From assembly GCA_027297745.1 (NCBI GenBank), contig JAPUHK010000257.1, positions 1 to 62,371 of the forward strand: 62,371 bases of DNA, written 5' to 3'. This document shows, piece after piece, positions 25,516 to 34,235 of the stretch. The stretch comes from Planctomycetota bacterium. GTDB taxonomy: Bacteria; Planctomycetota; PLA2. Positions within the stretch are counted from its first letter, which is position 1. Each line of letters begins with the position of its first letter. The notes under the pieces were generated by a model. The model saw only the letters and a list, made by a program, of their open reading frames with translations, did no database searches and had not been told where the DNA came from. The translations under genes and the position numbers were made by a program.

Positions 25516-27867
25516 ATGCTGCGTTTTCTCGCACCCCTGACGATGCTCGCGGTCGCCTGCGGGGACCTGACCCAGGTGCCCGCGCCGCCGGTGCCGCTGT
25601 CCATGCTGGAAGCAGGCGCGGTCGGCATGGTCAGGCGTCCGACCCCGCTCAAGAAGGAGGCCGACTTCAAGGGCTCCCTCTTGAACGCGGTCTCCCCGAA
25701 TGCCCTGGTTTCGCTGCACTTGCCCGACCTGAAGGGGGCCATGCAGCGCTTCCCGAAGACGTCTATGGCCAAGCTGTTGCGCGACCTCGGACTGGACCAG
25801 GCGTTCTCGGCGGGCATGAGCGCGTCCTTGGCCGGGACCAGCAAGCAGTGGAAGCTGACGAAGGGCGAGGTGCTGCTGGCGCTCGAGGACGTGAGCCCCC
25901 CCATGGACGGCAAGCCCGGCAGCATCAGCCTGCTGTTGGCGGTGCGGGCCCCGGGACTGGGCGACAAGGCCCAGGCCGCGTTCGAGCTGGCGGGGATGGC
26001 GGCGGCCAGCAACGGCATCAAGGTGGAGAAGGGCGTCAGCAGCTACGGCGACTTCCTGCGCCTGCACCCGCCCGGTGACTCGCCGCCCATCGAGCTCGCG
26101 GCGCAGGGCAACACCCTGCTCGTGGGCCTGGGCAAGAACACGGTAATGTCGGCCCTGACGCGCATGGAGGGCGGCGAGACGCTCAGCCAGAGCCCCGCCT
26201 ACCTGCGCGCGAAGTCGCGCATCTTCCACGAGGACGACGTGGCCCGCGTGCACGTAAACCTGGGCCGCGTGCTGCAGAAGATCCAGGACAGCCTCGACGC
26301 CCCGCTCCCCTTCCCCGTGCGCGCCATCCAGCTCGACAAGTTGTCCACCGTGGTCGGGGCGATCCGCACGGAGGGGAAGAACCTGGTCGTATCGTGGCGC
26401 CTGGACTCCCCCGGCGGCTCGGACCTGATCACCCGTGTGCTGAGCGGCGCCGCGGCGGACCGCGGCATGGTCGACCTGTTGCCCAGCGACGCGAATTCGT
26501 TCACGCTCTTCTCGCTCGACCTCGAAGCGCTCCTGGACGGCGTACGCCGTCGCGCGCTCGAGACCGAGGATCCGTGGTTCGACCGTGAGACGAAGCGCCT
26601 GCGCGAAAGCGGCGTCGACCTGCGCAAGGACATCGCCGAAGTCTTCGGGCCGCGCGGCGCGCTGGCCAACGTCTCGTCCATCACCGGAACCGACACGAAG
26701 GCGCTCAGCGATAACTTCAAGGGCACGATCTGGATCCTCGAGGTGCGCGATCGCGAGCGCGCCCGCGCGCTGCTGGCGCGCCTCCCGGAACAGATCGGCA
26801 CCCTGGCGCTGCACCACACCCGGATCAACGGCGCCGACGTCGGTGCGTACCGCTTTCCGGACTCCGACAGTCCGCGCGACCTGTCGCTCGTCTGGACCCT
26901 GCGCGACGGCTATCTGGTGGTCGCGCTGAGCGAGTTCGCGTTGAAACGCGTGCTCGGCGTGGATCCGCTGACTCCGAACCGGACGCTGCGCGAGGCGATC
27001 GAGAAAGCGCCCCACAACGCGTCCTCCATCGGCTACGAGGATCTGCAGCGCACGCTCCCGGTCTCGCTCAGCATCCTGCTCGACGGCCTGGCCGCGGTCA
27101 GCAAGGACCTTCCGTTCATCCCCGTCAACGGGGCCCAGAGCGTGCGTGGCTCCGTGCGCAGCTTCGATCCCGAGCTCAGCTACATGGTCGCCGACGAAGG
27201 CGGCATCCTGCACGTCACGCGCTCGCCCACCGCAGGCATCGGCGGTCTGGGCGGTCTGGTCGGCTTCCTGCAGGTGGCCTCGGTGGTGCTGCCGGAGTAT
27301 CTCGCGGAACGCCGCAATGCCAGCGAAATGGGCGCCCTGCGCACGTTGCGCCGCATCCTGGACGCCCAGCGCGCCTACCGGGCCGCAGGCGTCCGCGATC
27401 AGGACCGCGACGGCGACGGTGAATACGGGTATCTGGCGGAGCTGATGGGTGAGGTCAGCGGGCGCAAGGGGCCGGCGGCGGGAACCGTGTTCCTGCGCCG
27501 CAAGCTGGAGCGCGTGGACGGCGGCGACCTCGAGCTGCTGGGCTACCGCTTCCGCGTCTACCTGCCCGCGGACGACGGCGCGCCCATCGGCGGACACGAG
27601 TCCCCCGAGCGCCAGGAGCAGGTGGACGGCGACCTGGCCGAGGACGTGATGATCGTAGTGGCTTGGCCGGCCGTGCGCGGCGCCGTCAACAAGCGCGCCT
27701 TCCTTGCGGAGGGCGGCGGCGCCATCTACGCCTGCGACGGTCCGTACGAGGGCGACAAGCCGCCTGCGCCCGACGTGCTCAGCTCGCAGCAGGACAACCT
27801 GGCTTGCGCACTGCAGTCCCTGGATCGCCCGGCGCGCGATGGCTTGCGCTGGGAGCGCGTGCGCTAG
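25516..27867 (+). CDS. Large lipoprotein of unknown function with an internal pilin-like helix
   Basis: MLRFLAPLTMLAVAC is a lipobox. Around residue 575, FLQVASVVLPEYLAERRNASEMGALRTLRRILDAQRAY resembles the alpha1 helix of type IV pilin/pseudopilin-like proteins, followed by DRDGDGEYGYLAEL. Confidence 0.65.
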   Translation: MLRFLAPLTMLAVACGDLTQVPAPPVPLSMLEAGAVGMVRRPTPLKKEADFKGSLLNAVSPNALVSLHLPDLKGAMQRFPKTSMAKLLRDLGLDQAFSAGMSASLAGTSKQWKLTKGEVLLALEDVSPPMDGKPGSISLLLAVRAPGLGDKAQAAFELAGMAAASNGIKVEKGVSSYGDFLRLHPPGDSPPIELAAQGNTLLVGLGKNTVMSALTRMEGGETLSQSPAYLRAKSRIFHEDDVARVHVNLGRVLQKIQDSLDAPLPFPVRAIQLDKLSTVVGAIRTEGKNLVVSWRLDSPGGSDLITRVLSGAAADRGMVDLLPSDANSFTLFSLDLEALLDGVRRRALETEDPWFDRETKRLRESGVDLRKDIAEVFGPRGALANVSSITGTDTKALSDNFKGTIWILEVRDRERARALLARLPEQIGTLALHHTRINGADVGAYRFPDSDSPRDLSLVWTLRDGYLVVALSEFALKRVLGVDPLTPNRTLREAIEKAPHNASSIGYEDLQRTLPVSLSILLDGLAAVSKDLPFIPVNGAQSVRGSVRSFDPELSYMVADEGGILHVTRSPTAGIGGLGGLVGFLQVASVVLPEYLAERRNASEMGALRTLRRILDAQRAYRAAGVRDQDRDGDGEYGYLAELMGEVSGRKGPAAGTVFLRRKLERVDGGDLELLGYRFRVYLPADDGAPIGGHESPERQEQVDGDLAEDVMIVVAWPAVRGAVNKRAFLAEGGGAIYACDGPYEGDKPPAPDVLSSQQDNLACALQSLDRPARDGLRWERVR

Positions 27868-27874
27868 CGCAGCT

Positions 27875-27934
27875 CCCCTACCCCTGCCTTGGCCCCCGCC
27901 TCTGCCTTTGGCGGGGCAAGGGAAGAGGGGCAAC
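27875..27934. repeat. Polypyrimidine/polypurine palindromic intergenic element with strong central hairpin
   Basis: CCCCTACCCCTGCCTTGGCCCCCGCC tctgccttt GGCGGGGCAAGGGAAGAGGGG. GCCCCGCC/GGCGGGGC form an 8-bp perfect core flanked by CCTTG/CAAGG. It lies between convergent gene ends. Confidence 0.6.
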
Positions 27935-28021
27935 CAGGAACACACCGGCGGCCTCGGGAGAGGCGTGCCTCTCCGAGCAAACCCTGTCGTCAGGGTGCGG
28001 GCCGCAAGTCGATGGCGTGCA

Positions 28022-28249
28022 CTAACTGGAAGATTTGGACCCGGTGCGGATCCCGCCGTTCAAGCTCCCGTGCGTGTGTCCGTTGGCGCTACCGTTCGCG
28101 CTTCCGTTCAGGGGAGGTTGAGCGATCACATCGAGACGGCGGCCGCACTCGACGCAGTACAGGTACTTGTGCTCTTCCATCTTCACGCACAGGTGGACGG
28201 TCGTCCGCCGGCAGTGAAGGCTGGCACAGTAGTAATTGGTGCGCGTCAC
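28022..28249 (-). CDS. Small zinc-ribbon-like protein
   Basis: 75 aa with YCASLHC...(18 aa)...YCVECG (CX4C + CX2C) and a low-complexity NGSANGSANG tail. Local GC is lower than the surroundings. Confidence 0.4.
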   Translation of the reverse strand: MTRTNYYCASLHCRRTTVHLCVKMEEHKYLYCVECGRRLDVIAQPPLNGSANGSANGHTHGSLNGGIRTGSKSSS

Positions 28250-28306
28250 GGTGCTGGTCGTCTCCTGGTCTCCTATCGACCATCCGAGAGGGGCCGATTG
28301 AGGCCG

Positions 28307-28963
28307 TTACGAGCCCGCTCCACTCGAATGCCGTGCCGACGAGGCGATGCGGCGCTCCGGCGAGGGGTACAGGCTGAGCCAGCCGGTCTGCTGATCCGCC
28401 ACAAGCTCTTTGATAGCGCAGGGATAGGTCGGAACGGCGGCTGCGGCGGCGCGATCCGCTCTAAGCTCGGTGGCGCGCGCCAGGGGCAGTCCCAGCACCA
28501 GGAAGGGCAGGCCGGCGACCACCACGGGAGGCACCAGGTGCCTCAGCCGCAGGACAAGACGCGCGGGCCCGTCCGTGAACGGCTCCCAGGCGAGATCGCC
28601 GTAGCGCACGTGGGCCAACTCGTGGGCGGTCACCGGGACCAGGTGCTCGGGCTTCAGCTCCCGGCCGAGGAGCAGGCCGTACCCGGCCCGACGACGCACG
28701 ACCGCGGCGCTGCGTCCTCCGATGAGCTCGATGAAGCCCGGCGCCGCGACCCCCATGCGCGCGCATACGAGATGGACCTGCTCCTGCACGAGCGGCTCGG
28801 CACGCTCGCCCCGCGGCGCGCGGCCGCACAGGATCCAGCTGGCCCACGCCGCCGTCAGCAGCGCCGCGCCCGCCCCCCACCACGGGGCGCCGAGCACCAA
28901 CGGGATGCCGGCGACGACAGCCACGTTGACCAGCAACGCACCCAGACGAAGGACGCCGATCAA
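28307..28963 (-). CDS. M48-family (HtpX-like) membrane zinc metalloprotease
   Basis: TM segments, HELAH (HExxH) and a downstream ELRADR motif. The start overlaps the pcm stop (ATGA). Confidence 0.7.
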   Translation of the reverse strand: MIGVLRLGALLVNVAVVAGIPLVLGAPWWGAGAALLTAAWASWILCGRAPRGERAEPLVQEQVHLVCARMGVAAPGFIELIGGRSAAVVRRRAGYGLLLGRELKPEHLVPVTAHELAHVRYGDLAWEPFTDGPARLVLRLRHLVPPVVVAGLPFLVLGLPLARATELRADRAAAAAVPTYPCAIKELVADQQTGWLSLYPSPERRIASSARHSSGAGS

Positions 28964-29616
28964 AGGCCGGCCTCGCCGGTCATAGGCACGAAACGCACAG
29001 CCATGAGGTCACGCTTGCGCAGACGCCGGCCGCGCCGTTCGAAGACACGCAGCCGTTGCCGGCCCCGGCCGACCGGCGCGACGAGGCGGCCCCCCTCCCT
29101 CAGTTGCCGGCCGAGCGCGGGAGGGACTTCGGCCGGCGCCGCCGTGAGCACGATCGCGTCGAACGGCCCGGCCTCGGCCCACCCCCCGCTGCCGTCGCCG
29201 AAGCGCGGGACGATGTTGTGGTACTGCAACCGGTGGAGCGCGGCCGCTGCCGTGCGCAGCAGCGGCTCCAGGATCTCCATCGTGTAGACGCGCGCCGCGA
29301 TCTCGGCCAGCACGGCGGCCTGGTATCCCGAACCGGTGCCGATCTCCAACACGTGCTCGCCGCCCTTCAAGGCGCACAGCTCGGTCATGCAGGCCACCAT
29401 GTACGGCTGGCTGATGGTCTGGCCCCCCGCCAGGGGCAAAGGCCGGTCCGCGTAGGCCTCCGCCCACGCCGCGCGGTCGACGAACTCGTGCCGGGGCACC
29501 GTGCGCATGGCGGACAGCACGAGCGGATCGCGCACTCCGCGCGCCGCGATCTGAGTGCGCACCATCTCGAGGCGGGCCAGCGCCAAGTCTTCAGGGTGGA
29601 ACGCGTCGGGCACCAT
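28960..29616 (-). CDS. pcm: Protein-L-isoaspartate O-methyltransferase
   Basis: From MVPDAF: VPRHEFV, GQTISQPYMVA and VLEIGTGSGYQAAVLA (SAM motif) match Pcm. The upstream part of the track ORF is not Pcm-like. Confidence 0.9.
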   Translation of the reverse strand: MVPDAFHPEDLALARLEMVRTQIAARGVRDPLVLSAMRTVPRHEFVDRAAWAEAYADRPLPLAGGQTISQPYMVACMTELCALKGGEHVLEIGTGSGYQAAVLAEIAARVYTMEILEPLLRTAAAALHRLQYHNIVPRFGDGSGGWAEAGPFDAIVLTAAPAEVPPALGRQLREGGRLVAPVGRGRQRLRVFERRGRRLRKRDLMAVRFVPMTGEAGL

Positions 29617-29636
29617 TGCGCGAGGCCATGTTAAGC

Positions 29637-29803
29637 GGGGATGGGGAAAGGGAGCCGGTACGTGGCCCAACCGAGCGGGAGTGGACGGGGAAGCGGGAAC
29701 GGCGCTGCCAGGAGGGACCCACGACCCTGAGCCAGGAGTCCGCGTGCGCCCACGCGCCTCGACGTCATCAGAAAGCGCCGCTCCCGATCCCCCTCCCCCT
29801 CCC
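29637..29803. repeat. G-tract / C-tract imperfect inverted repeat bracketing a divergent promoter region
   Basis: GGGGATGGGGAAAGGGAGC (29637-55) versus GCTCCCGATCCCCCTCCCCCTCCC (29780-803), about 125 nt apart, between pcm (start 29616, minus) and the glycosyltransferase gene (start 29849, plus). Confidence 0.4.
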
Positions 29804-29848
29804 GTGGCGAGCTTGCGAGCCATGTAGACTCGGCCCTCCAGGAACTGC

Positions 29849-30979
29849 ATGCAAGTGCTCGAGATCGCGGCGCTCATAGCCGGAGGCTTCACCCTTCTGC
29901 GCTTCGCGGTGAGCCTGCCGCTCGTCGTGCGCTATTTCCGGCGCGCCCGCGTGCACACCATCCCGCGCGGCGAGACGCCGCCGATGTCGGTGCTGGTGCC
30001 GCTCTATGGCGCCGACCCCGGGCTGGAACAAAACCTCGAAGGGCTCTTGCGCCAGAACTATCCCGACTTCGAAGTATTGTTCCTGCACGAAGTTCCCGAC
30101 GACCCGGCACTGGCGGCGGCGCGGGCCGCCGCAGAACGGGTTCCGGACGTGCCCGTGCGCTACGTTCAGGGGCGCACCGACGCCGTCAATCCAAAGGTCG
30201 CCGTGCTTGCGCGCGGGCAACAGGAGGCGCGCCACGACATCCTGGTCTCGGTCGATGCCGACGTGCGGCCGGACGCGCTCTACTTGCGCGACGTGGCGAA
30301 CGGACTGATGGAGCGCGACATCGTCGGCTTCCCTCCGGTGCTGTTCGGCATGCAGACCGCCGGCGCGCGCATGTTGGCCCTGTTCGTCAACATCGAGGGG
30401 TTCACGGCGCTGTTGGTGGGACGGGGACTCTGGATCCCGGGCGCGACGATCGGCGTACGCCGCGCGGCGCTCCAGAGCATCGGCGGCTACCAGGCCGTCG
30501 GCGACCGCATGGCCGACGACGCCGACCTGGCTGCGGCACTGCGCCGGGCGGGACACCCCGCGGTGCTCTCCCGCCGTGCCGCACGCTGCTACACGCCGGG
30601 CGGTTCGCTGCGCGAGACGGCGGTCCTGATGGCGCGCTGGGCGCGCACGGTGCGCGGGGCGGCGCCCGTGCTGTACGCGGTGGGCTTCCTGCCCGCCTTC
30701 GCCCCTCTGCTTCTGCTGGCGACGGCGCTGTTGAGCCCGCACGGCGTCCTGGCGCTCGCGGCCTTCGCGCTCCACAACGCGATGCGCATCGGACTGTCGG
30801 TGGCGATCGACCTGCGCTTTTGCTGGGACCGGTCCATGCTGCGCTCGCTGCGCATGCTGCCGCTCATGTGGTTCGCGGAACCGCTCGTGTGGCTCGCGGG
30901 CCTATGGGGACGCACGGTCGTCTGGCGCGGGCGGACGTACCGGTTGCGCGGGGGCCGTGTTAGTCTCGCGGCACCTTGA
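29849..30979 (+). CDS. Membrane glycosyltransferase, GT2/GT21 (ceramide glucosyltransferase / HpnI-like)
   Basis: N-terminal TM, VSVLVPLYGADPGLEQNL, DADV (DxD) and ATIGVRRAAL are present, with C-terminal TM helices. Confidence 0.75.
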   Translation: MQVLEIAALIAGGFTLLRFAVSLPLVVRYFRRARVHTIPRGETPPMSVLVPLYGADPGLEQNLEGLLRQNYPDFEVLFLHEVPDDPALAAARAAAERVPDVPVRYVQGRTDAVNPKVAVLARGQQEARHDILVSVDADVRPDALYLRDVANGLMERDIVGFPPVLFGMQTAGARMLALFVNIEGFTALLVGRGLWIPGATIGVRRAALQSIGGYQAVGDRMADDADLAAALRRAGHPAVLSRRAARCYTPGGSLRETAVLMARWARTVRGAAPVLYAVGFLPAFAPLLLLATALLSPHGVLALAAFALHNAMRIGLSVAIDLRFCWDRSMLRSLRMLPLMWFAEPLVWLAGLWGRTVVWRGRTYRLRGGRVSLAAP

Positions 30980-31956
30980 CGGAACGGAAGGTTGTCTTGT
31001 CCTTGGTGCGGGCCACGGGCCGACTGCACCTCGGCAACTACCTGGGCGCGGCGCGCGACTTCGCGGAACTCAGCCGCGACGAGACGAAGGAGTGCTACTT
31101 CGGCGTCGCCGACCTGCACGCGCTGACGACGCTGCCCGACCCGCAAGAGCTGGCGGCATCCTCCCGCGCCGTAGCGCGCGACTACCTGGCCGCCGGCATC
31201 GACCCGGAGCGGGCGTCCCTCTTCCTTCAGTCGGCCGTTCCGGAGACCTCGGAGCTGTTTTGGCTGCTGACCAACGTCACGGCCGCCGGCGAGCTGCAGC
31301 GCTCCAAGACATTCAAGGAGATGAGCGCCAAGCAGGCCGACAACGTCAACGCGGGCCTGCTCAACTACCCGATTCTGATGGCGGCCGACATCCTCGGTCC
31401 CGAAGCGGACCTGGTGCCCGTCGGCGAAGACCAGCTGGCGCACCTCGAGATGGCGCGCAACATCGCGCAGCGCTTCAACCACCGCTACGGCGAGCTGCTC
31501 AAGACGCCCGAGGGCTACCGCAAGAAGGCGATCCGCATCCCCGGCCTCGACGGCAAGGGCAAGATGAGCAAGAGCGACGGGAACGGCTTCGGGATCGCGG
31601 ATTCGCCCGAAGACATCTGGAAGGTGCTGCAGCCGGCCTACACGGACCCGGCCCGCAAGCGGCGCACGGACCCCGGCAATCCCGAGATCTGCCCCATCGG
31701 CCAGATCCACCGCTTCGTGTCGCCGCCCGCGGACGTGGAGACGATCGAGACGGGCTGCCGCACGGCGGGCATCGGGTGCGTGGACTGCAAGAAGATCCTC
31801 CTGGGAAACGTGACGGAGCTACTGGCGCCGGTGCGGGAACGCGCGCAGGCGCTCGACGACGCCGCCGTCGACGACGCGCTGCGGCAGGGGGCCGCGCGCG
31901 CCCGGAAGCGCATCCAGCCCACGTTGGCGAAGGTACGCAAGGCGATGGGCCTGTAA
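30976..31956 (+). CDS. trpS: Tryptophan--tRNA ligase
   Basis: TGRLHLGNYLGA (HIGH-type), VPVGEDQLAHLEMARNIAQRFN and KMSKS. The TTG start is taken from the track and overlaps the previous stop; the exact start is uncertain. Confidence 0.93.
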   Translation: MTERKVVLSLVRATGRLHLGNYLGAARDFAELSRDETKECYFGVADLHALTTLPDPQELAASSRAVARDYLAAGIDPERASLFLQSAVPETSELFWLLTNVTAAGELQRSKTFKEMSAKQADNVNAGLLNYPILMAADILGPEADLVPVGEDQLAHLEMARNIAQRFNHRYGELLKTPEGYRKKAIRIPGLDGKGKMSKSDGNGFGIADSPEDIWKVLQPAYTDPARKRRTDPGNPEICPIGQIHRFVSPPADVETIETGCRTAGIGCVDCKKILLGNVTELLAPVRERAQALDDAAVDDALRQGAARARKRIQPTLAKVRKAMGL

Positions 31957-31958
31957 CC

Positions 31959-32912
31959 ATGCGCTACGGCGACTACCTCAACCTGGACCGGCTGTTGGGC
32001 GCGCAGGAACCGCCGGGCGACGACGGCAAGCCGCGCGCTTTCGCGCACCACGACGAGCTGTTGTTCGTCGTCGTGCACCAGGTGTTCGAGCTGTGGTTCA
32101 AGCAGACGCTGCACGAGCTGCGGCGCGCGCGCGACCTGCTGGCGGTGGACGAGGTGCCCGAGAGCGACATCCCGCGCATCGTGGCCGCGCTGCTGCGCAT
32201 TCACGAGATCCAGCAGCTTTGCGTGCACCAGTTCGACGTGCTGGAGACCATGCAGCCGTTGCATTTCCTGTCGTTCCGCGAGCGGCTCGGCTCGGCGTCG
32301 GGCTTCCAGTCCAGCCAGTTCCGCGAGCTCGAAGCCCTATCCGGGCTGCAGCCGGCGCAGGACGGGCGGCCCAACTTCAAGCAAGCGGTCTACGCCTGGC
32401 TCGCGCGCACGCCCGTCGAGGAGGGTTTCGCGCAGCGCTACCTGGCCGCCTTCGAGACCTACGTCGAGCGGCAGCGCGGACTGCAGCGGCAAAACCCCGA
32501 CCTGGACGCGAAGGGGCAGGCCGCGGTGCAGGCGAGGCTCGACGCCTACCTGGCTTCGTGCCACGAGTTCCTCGCGGGCGAGAGCGCGACGCTGAACACA
32601 GCCTGCCTGTTCCTCACGGCCTATAGCGGCGAGCCCCTGCTGCATCTTCCGTGCAGCCTCGTGGAAGCCGTGACCGCCTTCGACGAGTGGTTCCGCATCT
32701 GGCGCTTCCGCCATGCGCGCATGGTCGAGCGCATCATCGGCCCGCGCGTGGGCACGGGCGGGTCGAGTGGGGTGGACTACCTGGATTCGACCGTGCGCGC
32801 CAGCATCTTTCCCGAGCTGCTGCGATCCCGCGCCTTCCTGGTGCCCGCGGATCTGCTGCCGCCGCTGAGCGACCCGGACCGCTACGGGTTCGCGAAGGAC
32901 CTCCAGGGCTAG
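31959..32912 (+). CDS. kynA: Tryptophan 2,3-dioxygenase
   Basis: YGDYLNLDRLLGAQ, HHDELLFVVVHQVFELWFK, SGFQSSQFRELE and WRFRHARMVERIIGPRVGTGGSSGVDYL closely match bacterial TDO. Confidence 0.93.
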   Translation: MRYGDYLNLDRLLGAQEPPGDDGKPRAFAHHDELLFVVVHQVFELWFKQTLHELRRARDLLAVDEVPESDIPRIVAALLRIHEIQQLCVHQFDVLETMQPLHFLSFRERLGSASGFQSSQFRELEALSGLQPAQDGRPNFKQAVYAWLARTPVEEGFAQRYLAAFETYVERQRGLQRQNPDLDAKGQAAVQARLDAYLASCHEFLAGESATLNTACLFLTAYSGEPLLHLPCSLVEAVTAFDEWFRIWRFRHARMVERIIGPRVGTGGSSGVDYLDSTVRASIFPELLRSRAFLVPADLLPPLSDPDRYGFAKDLQG

Positions 32913-33143
32913 GCGCCGGCAGCTTCCGGGTGTCTCAATCCGGGGCACCGCTTTTCGAGCCGCGGGTCGCCGCCGCCGCGGGCCTCTGGGATCATGCAGC
33001 CTCGATCCCGGGCCGGTCGGAACGGGGGCCGCCGACGTGAGGACGTCTGCCGCGGCCTGCCGATTTAGGGCAGCCGTGCCGATCTCTGGGAGAGCGGGCC
33101 CATCCCCGGGGTGGTTCCGGACCAGCATGAGGAGGACCGAATC

Positions 33144-33866
33144 ATGAACCGAATCGCTGCACTAGCGACGCTCTGCGGCGTGCTTCTGGCGACCGGCTGC
33201 TGGGCGCCGCGCGCTCCCGCGGAGAAAAACGCAATTCTCACGGCGGCCAAGGCCAAGCAGGCCGCTCCGGAATACCGCATCGGAGCCGGCGACAGCGTGA
33301 CCATAAGCGTTATCGGCAGTCCCGAGCACGCCGTGTCCGCCGTGGTACGCCCGGACGGAAAGGTCTCCTTCCCCGGCTACGGCGACATCAAGGTCGAAGG
33401 CAAGTCCGCACCGGAGTTGCGCAAGGAGCTGGAGCGCTCCTTCCGCAAGTCGCTCGGCCTCAAGGACCCGACGGTCTACGTCGCGATCAACAGCTTCGGC
33501 TCGAGTGCGATCACAGTGCTCGGCGAGGTCTCCGTCCCGGGCGTCTTTCCCTACACGAGCAACATGCGCATGGTCGACCTGCTCGGCGCCACGCGCGGTT
33601 TCACGCTGCGCTCGGCCGCAGACAACACGATCCTGATGCGCGAGGTCGACGGGGCCGTCAAAGTCTACAAGGTGCGCCTGAAGCGCTTCCTCAAGCACGC
33701 CGACTGGACAACGAACTTCTATCTGCGTCCGGGCGACATCGTGCTCGTGCCGCGCAACAATGTGACGAAGTGGGCGGACGGCATCCGGCTGGCGGTGTCT
33801 CCCCTCGCGGCGTTGTTCAGCTTCATCACGCTCACCGAGAGCACAGTCACGCTGTTCGTTCCCTAA
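33144..33866 (+). CDS. Polysaccharide export lipoprotein (Wza-like: Poly_export + SLBB)
   Basis: MNRIAALATLCGVLLATGC lipobox, YRIGAGDSVTISV, and GDIKVEGKSAPELRKELE. Confidence 0.8.
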   Translation: MNRIAALATLCGVLLATGCWAPRAPAEKNAILTAAKAKQAAPEYRIGAGDSVTISVIGSPEHAVSAVVRPDGKVSFPGYGDIKVEGKSAPELRKELERSFRKSLGLKDPTVYVAINSFGSSAITVLGEVSVPGVFPYTSNMRMVDLLGATRGFTLRSAADNTILMREVDGAVKVYKVRLKRFLKHADWTTNFYLRPGDIVLVPRNNVTKWADGIRLAVSPLAALFSFITLTESTVTLFVP

Positions 33867-33883
33867 CCGATACGGCATCCTCT

Positions 33884-33911
33884 CGCGGGGGCGGGTCTTC
33901 CTGCCCCCGCG
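33884..33911 (+). terminator. Hairpin immediately after the wza-like gene
   Basis: Perfect 9-bp stem CGCGGGGGC / GCCCCCGCG with a 10-nt loop, followed by TTCGTCT. Confidence 0.5.
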
Positions 33912-34226
33912 TTCGTCTAGGGGCCCGCGTGCTAGGGAAGGAAGTGCCGAACGGGCAAAGCCACAGCCCCCAGGCAGCGGGCAGCCCGAAGGTGTAGTCC
34001 AGCGGAGACACTGTGCAGAGATTGCGTGAGCATTTAGCACGCAGACGGGGAATGCACCCCCCTTCACGGACTCTCGACGTAGGTCGAGTGCGGGACCGGG
34101 GTTGCGCGCAACACGGAAAGTCCCTAATCTCTGTGTGTATCGAGTAGGGCCGCCTCCACTTTCGGGTGGAGGCAGGTGGATGGAGACGGGAGGCGGCGCC
34201 AGAGGGCAGCTGCCTCCCACTTTTCC
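33912..34226 (+). ncRNA. Candidate structured non-coding RNA of unknown family (boundaries approximate)
   Basis: A 370-nt gap between convergent genes has no credible ORF. At least six local hairpins are visible: 34023-43, 34047-60, 34073-88 (6 bp with GUAG loop), 34101-12, 34152-73 (8 bp with UUCG-type loop), and 34188-218 followed by ACUUUUCC, which looks like a plus-strand intrinsic terminator. Confidence 0.3.
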
Positions 34227-34235
34227 AGCTGCGGA

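Noticed and set aside
33940-34020. AGGGAAGGAAGUGCC ... GCCACAG ... AGUCCAGCGGAGACACUG loosely recalls cobalamin-riboswitch (B12 box) or SRP RNA domain IV motifs.
   Set aside because: The matches are partial, with no CCCGC core and no proper GNAR-capped helix 8. No downstream gene exists on either strand for a riboswitch to control.
34108-34125. ACGGAAAGUCCC in the convergent intergenic region resembles the universally conserved GGAAAGUCC of the RNase P RNA P4 helix.
   Set aside because: In RNase P RNA this motif lies about 60 nt from the 5' end, with about 300 nt of RNA after it. Here only about 110 nt remain before a protein-coding gene end. I found no ACAGAA.CCGGCUUA-type partner strand or GGUAAGGGUGAAAGGGUG-type motifs on either strand.
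33887-34160. GGGGGCGG (33887-94) could pair with CCGCCUCC (34151-58) like a tmRNA acceptor stem.
   Set aside because: No T-arm (GGUUCGAxUCC-like) precedes the 3' strand. No plausible tag reading frame ending in a hydrophobic A/L/V-A-A is present. The span (about 275 nt) is short. The 5' G-run is better explained as half of the perfect 9-bp hairpin after the wza-like gene.
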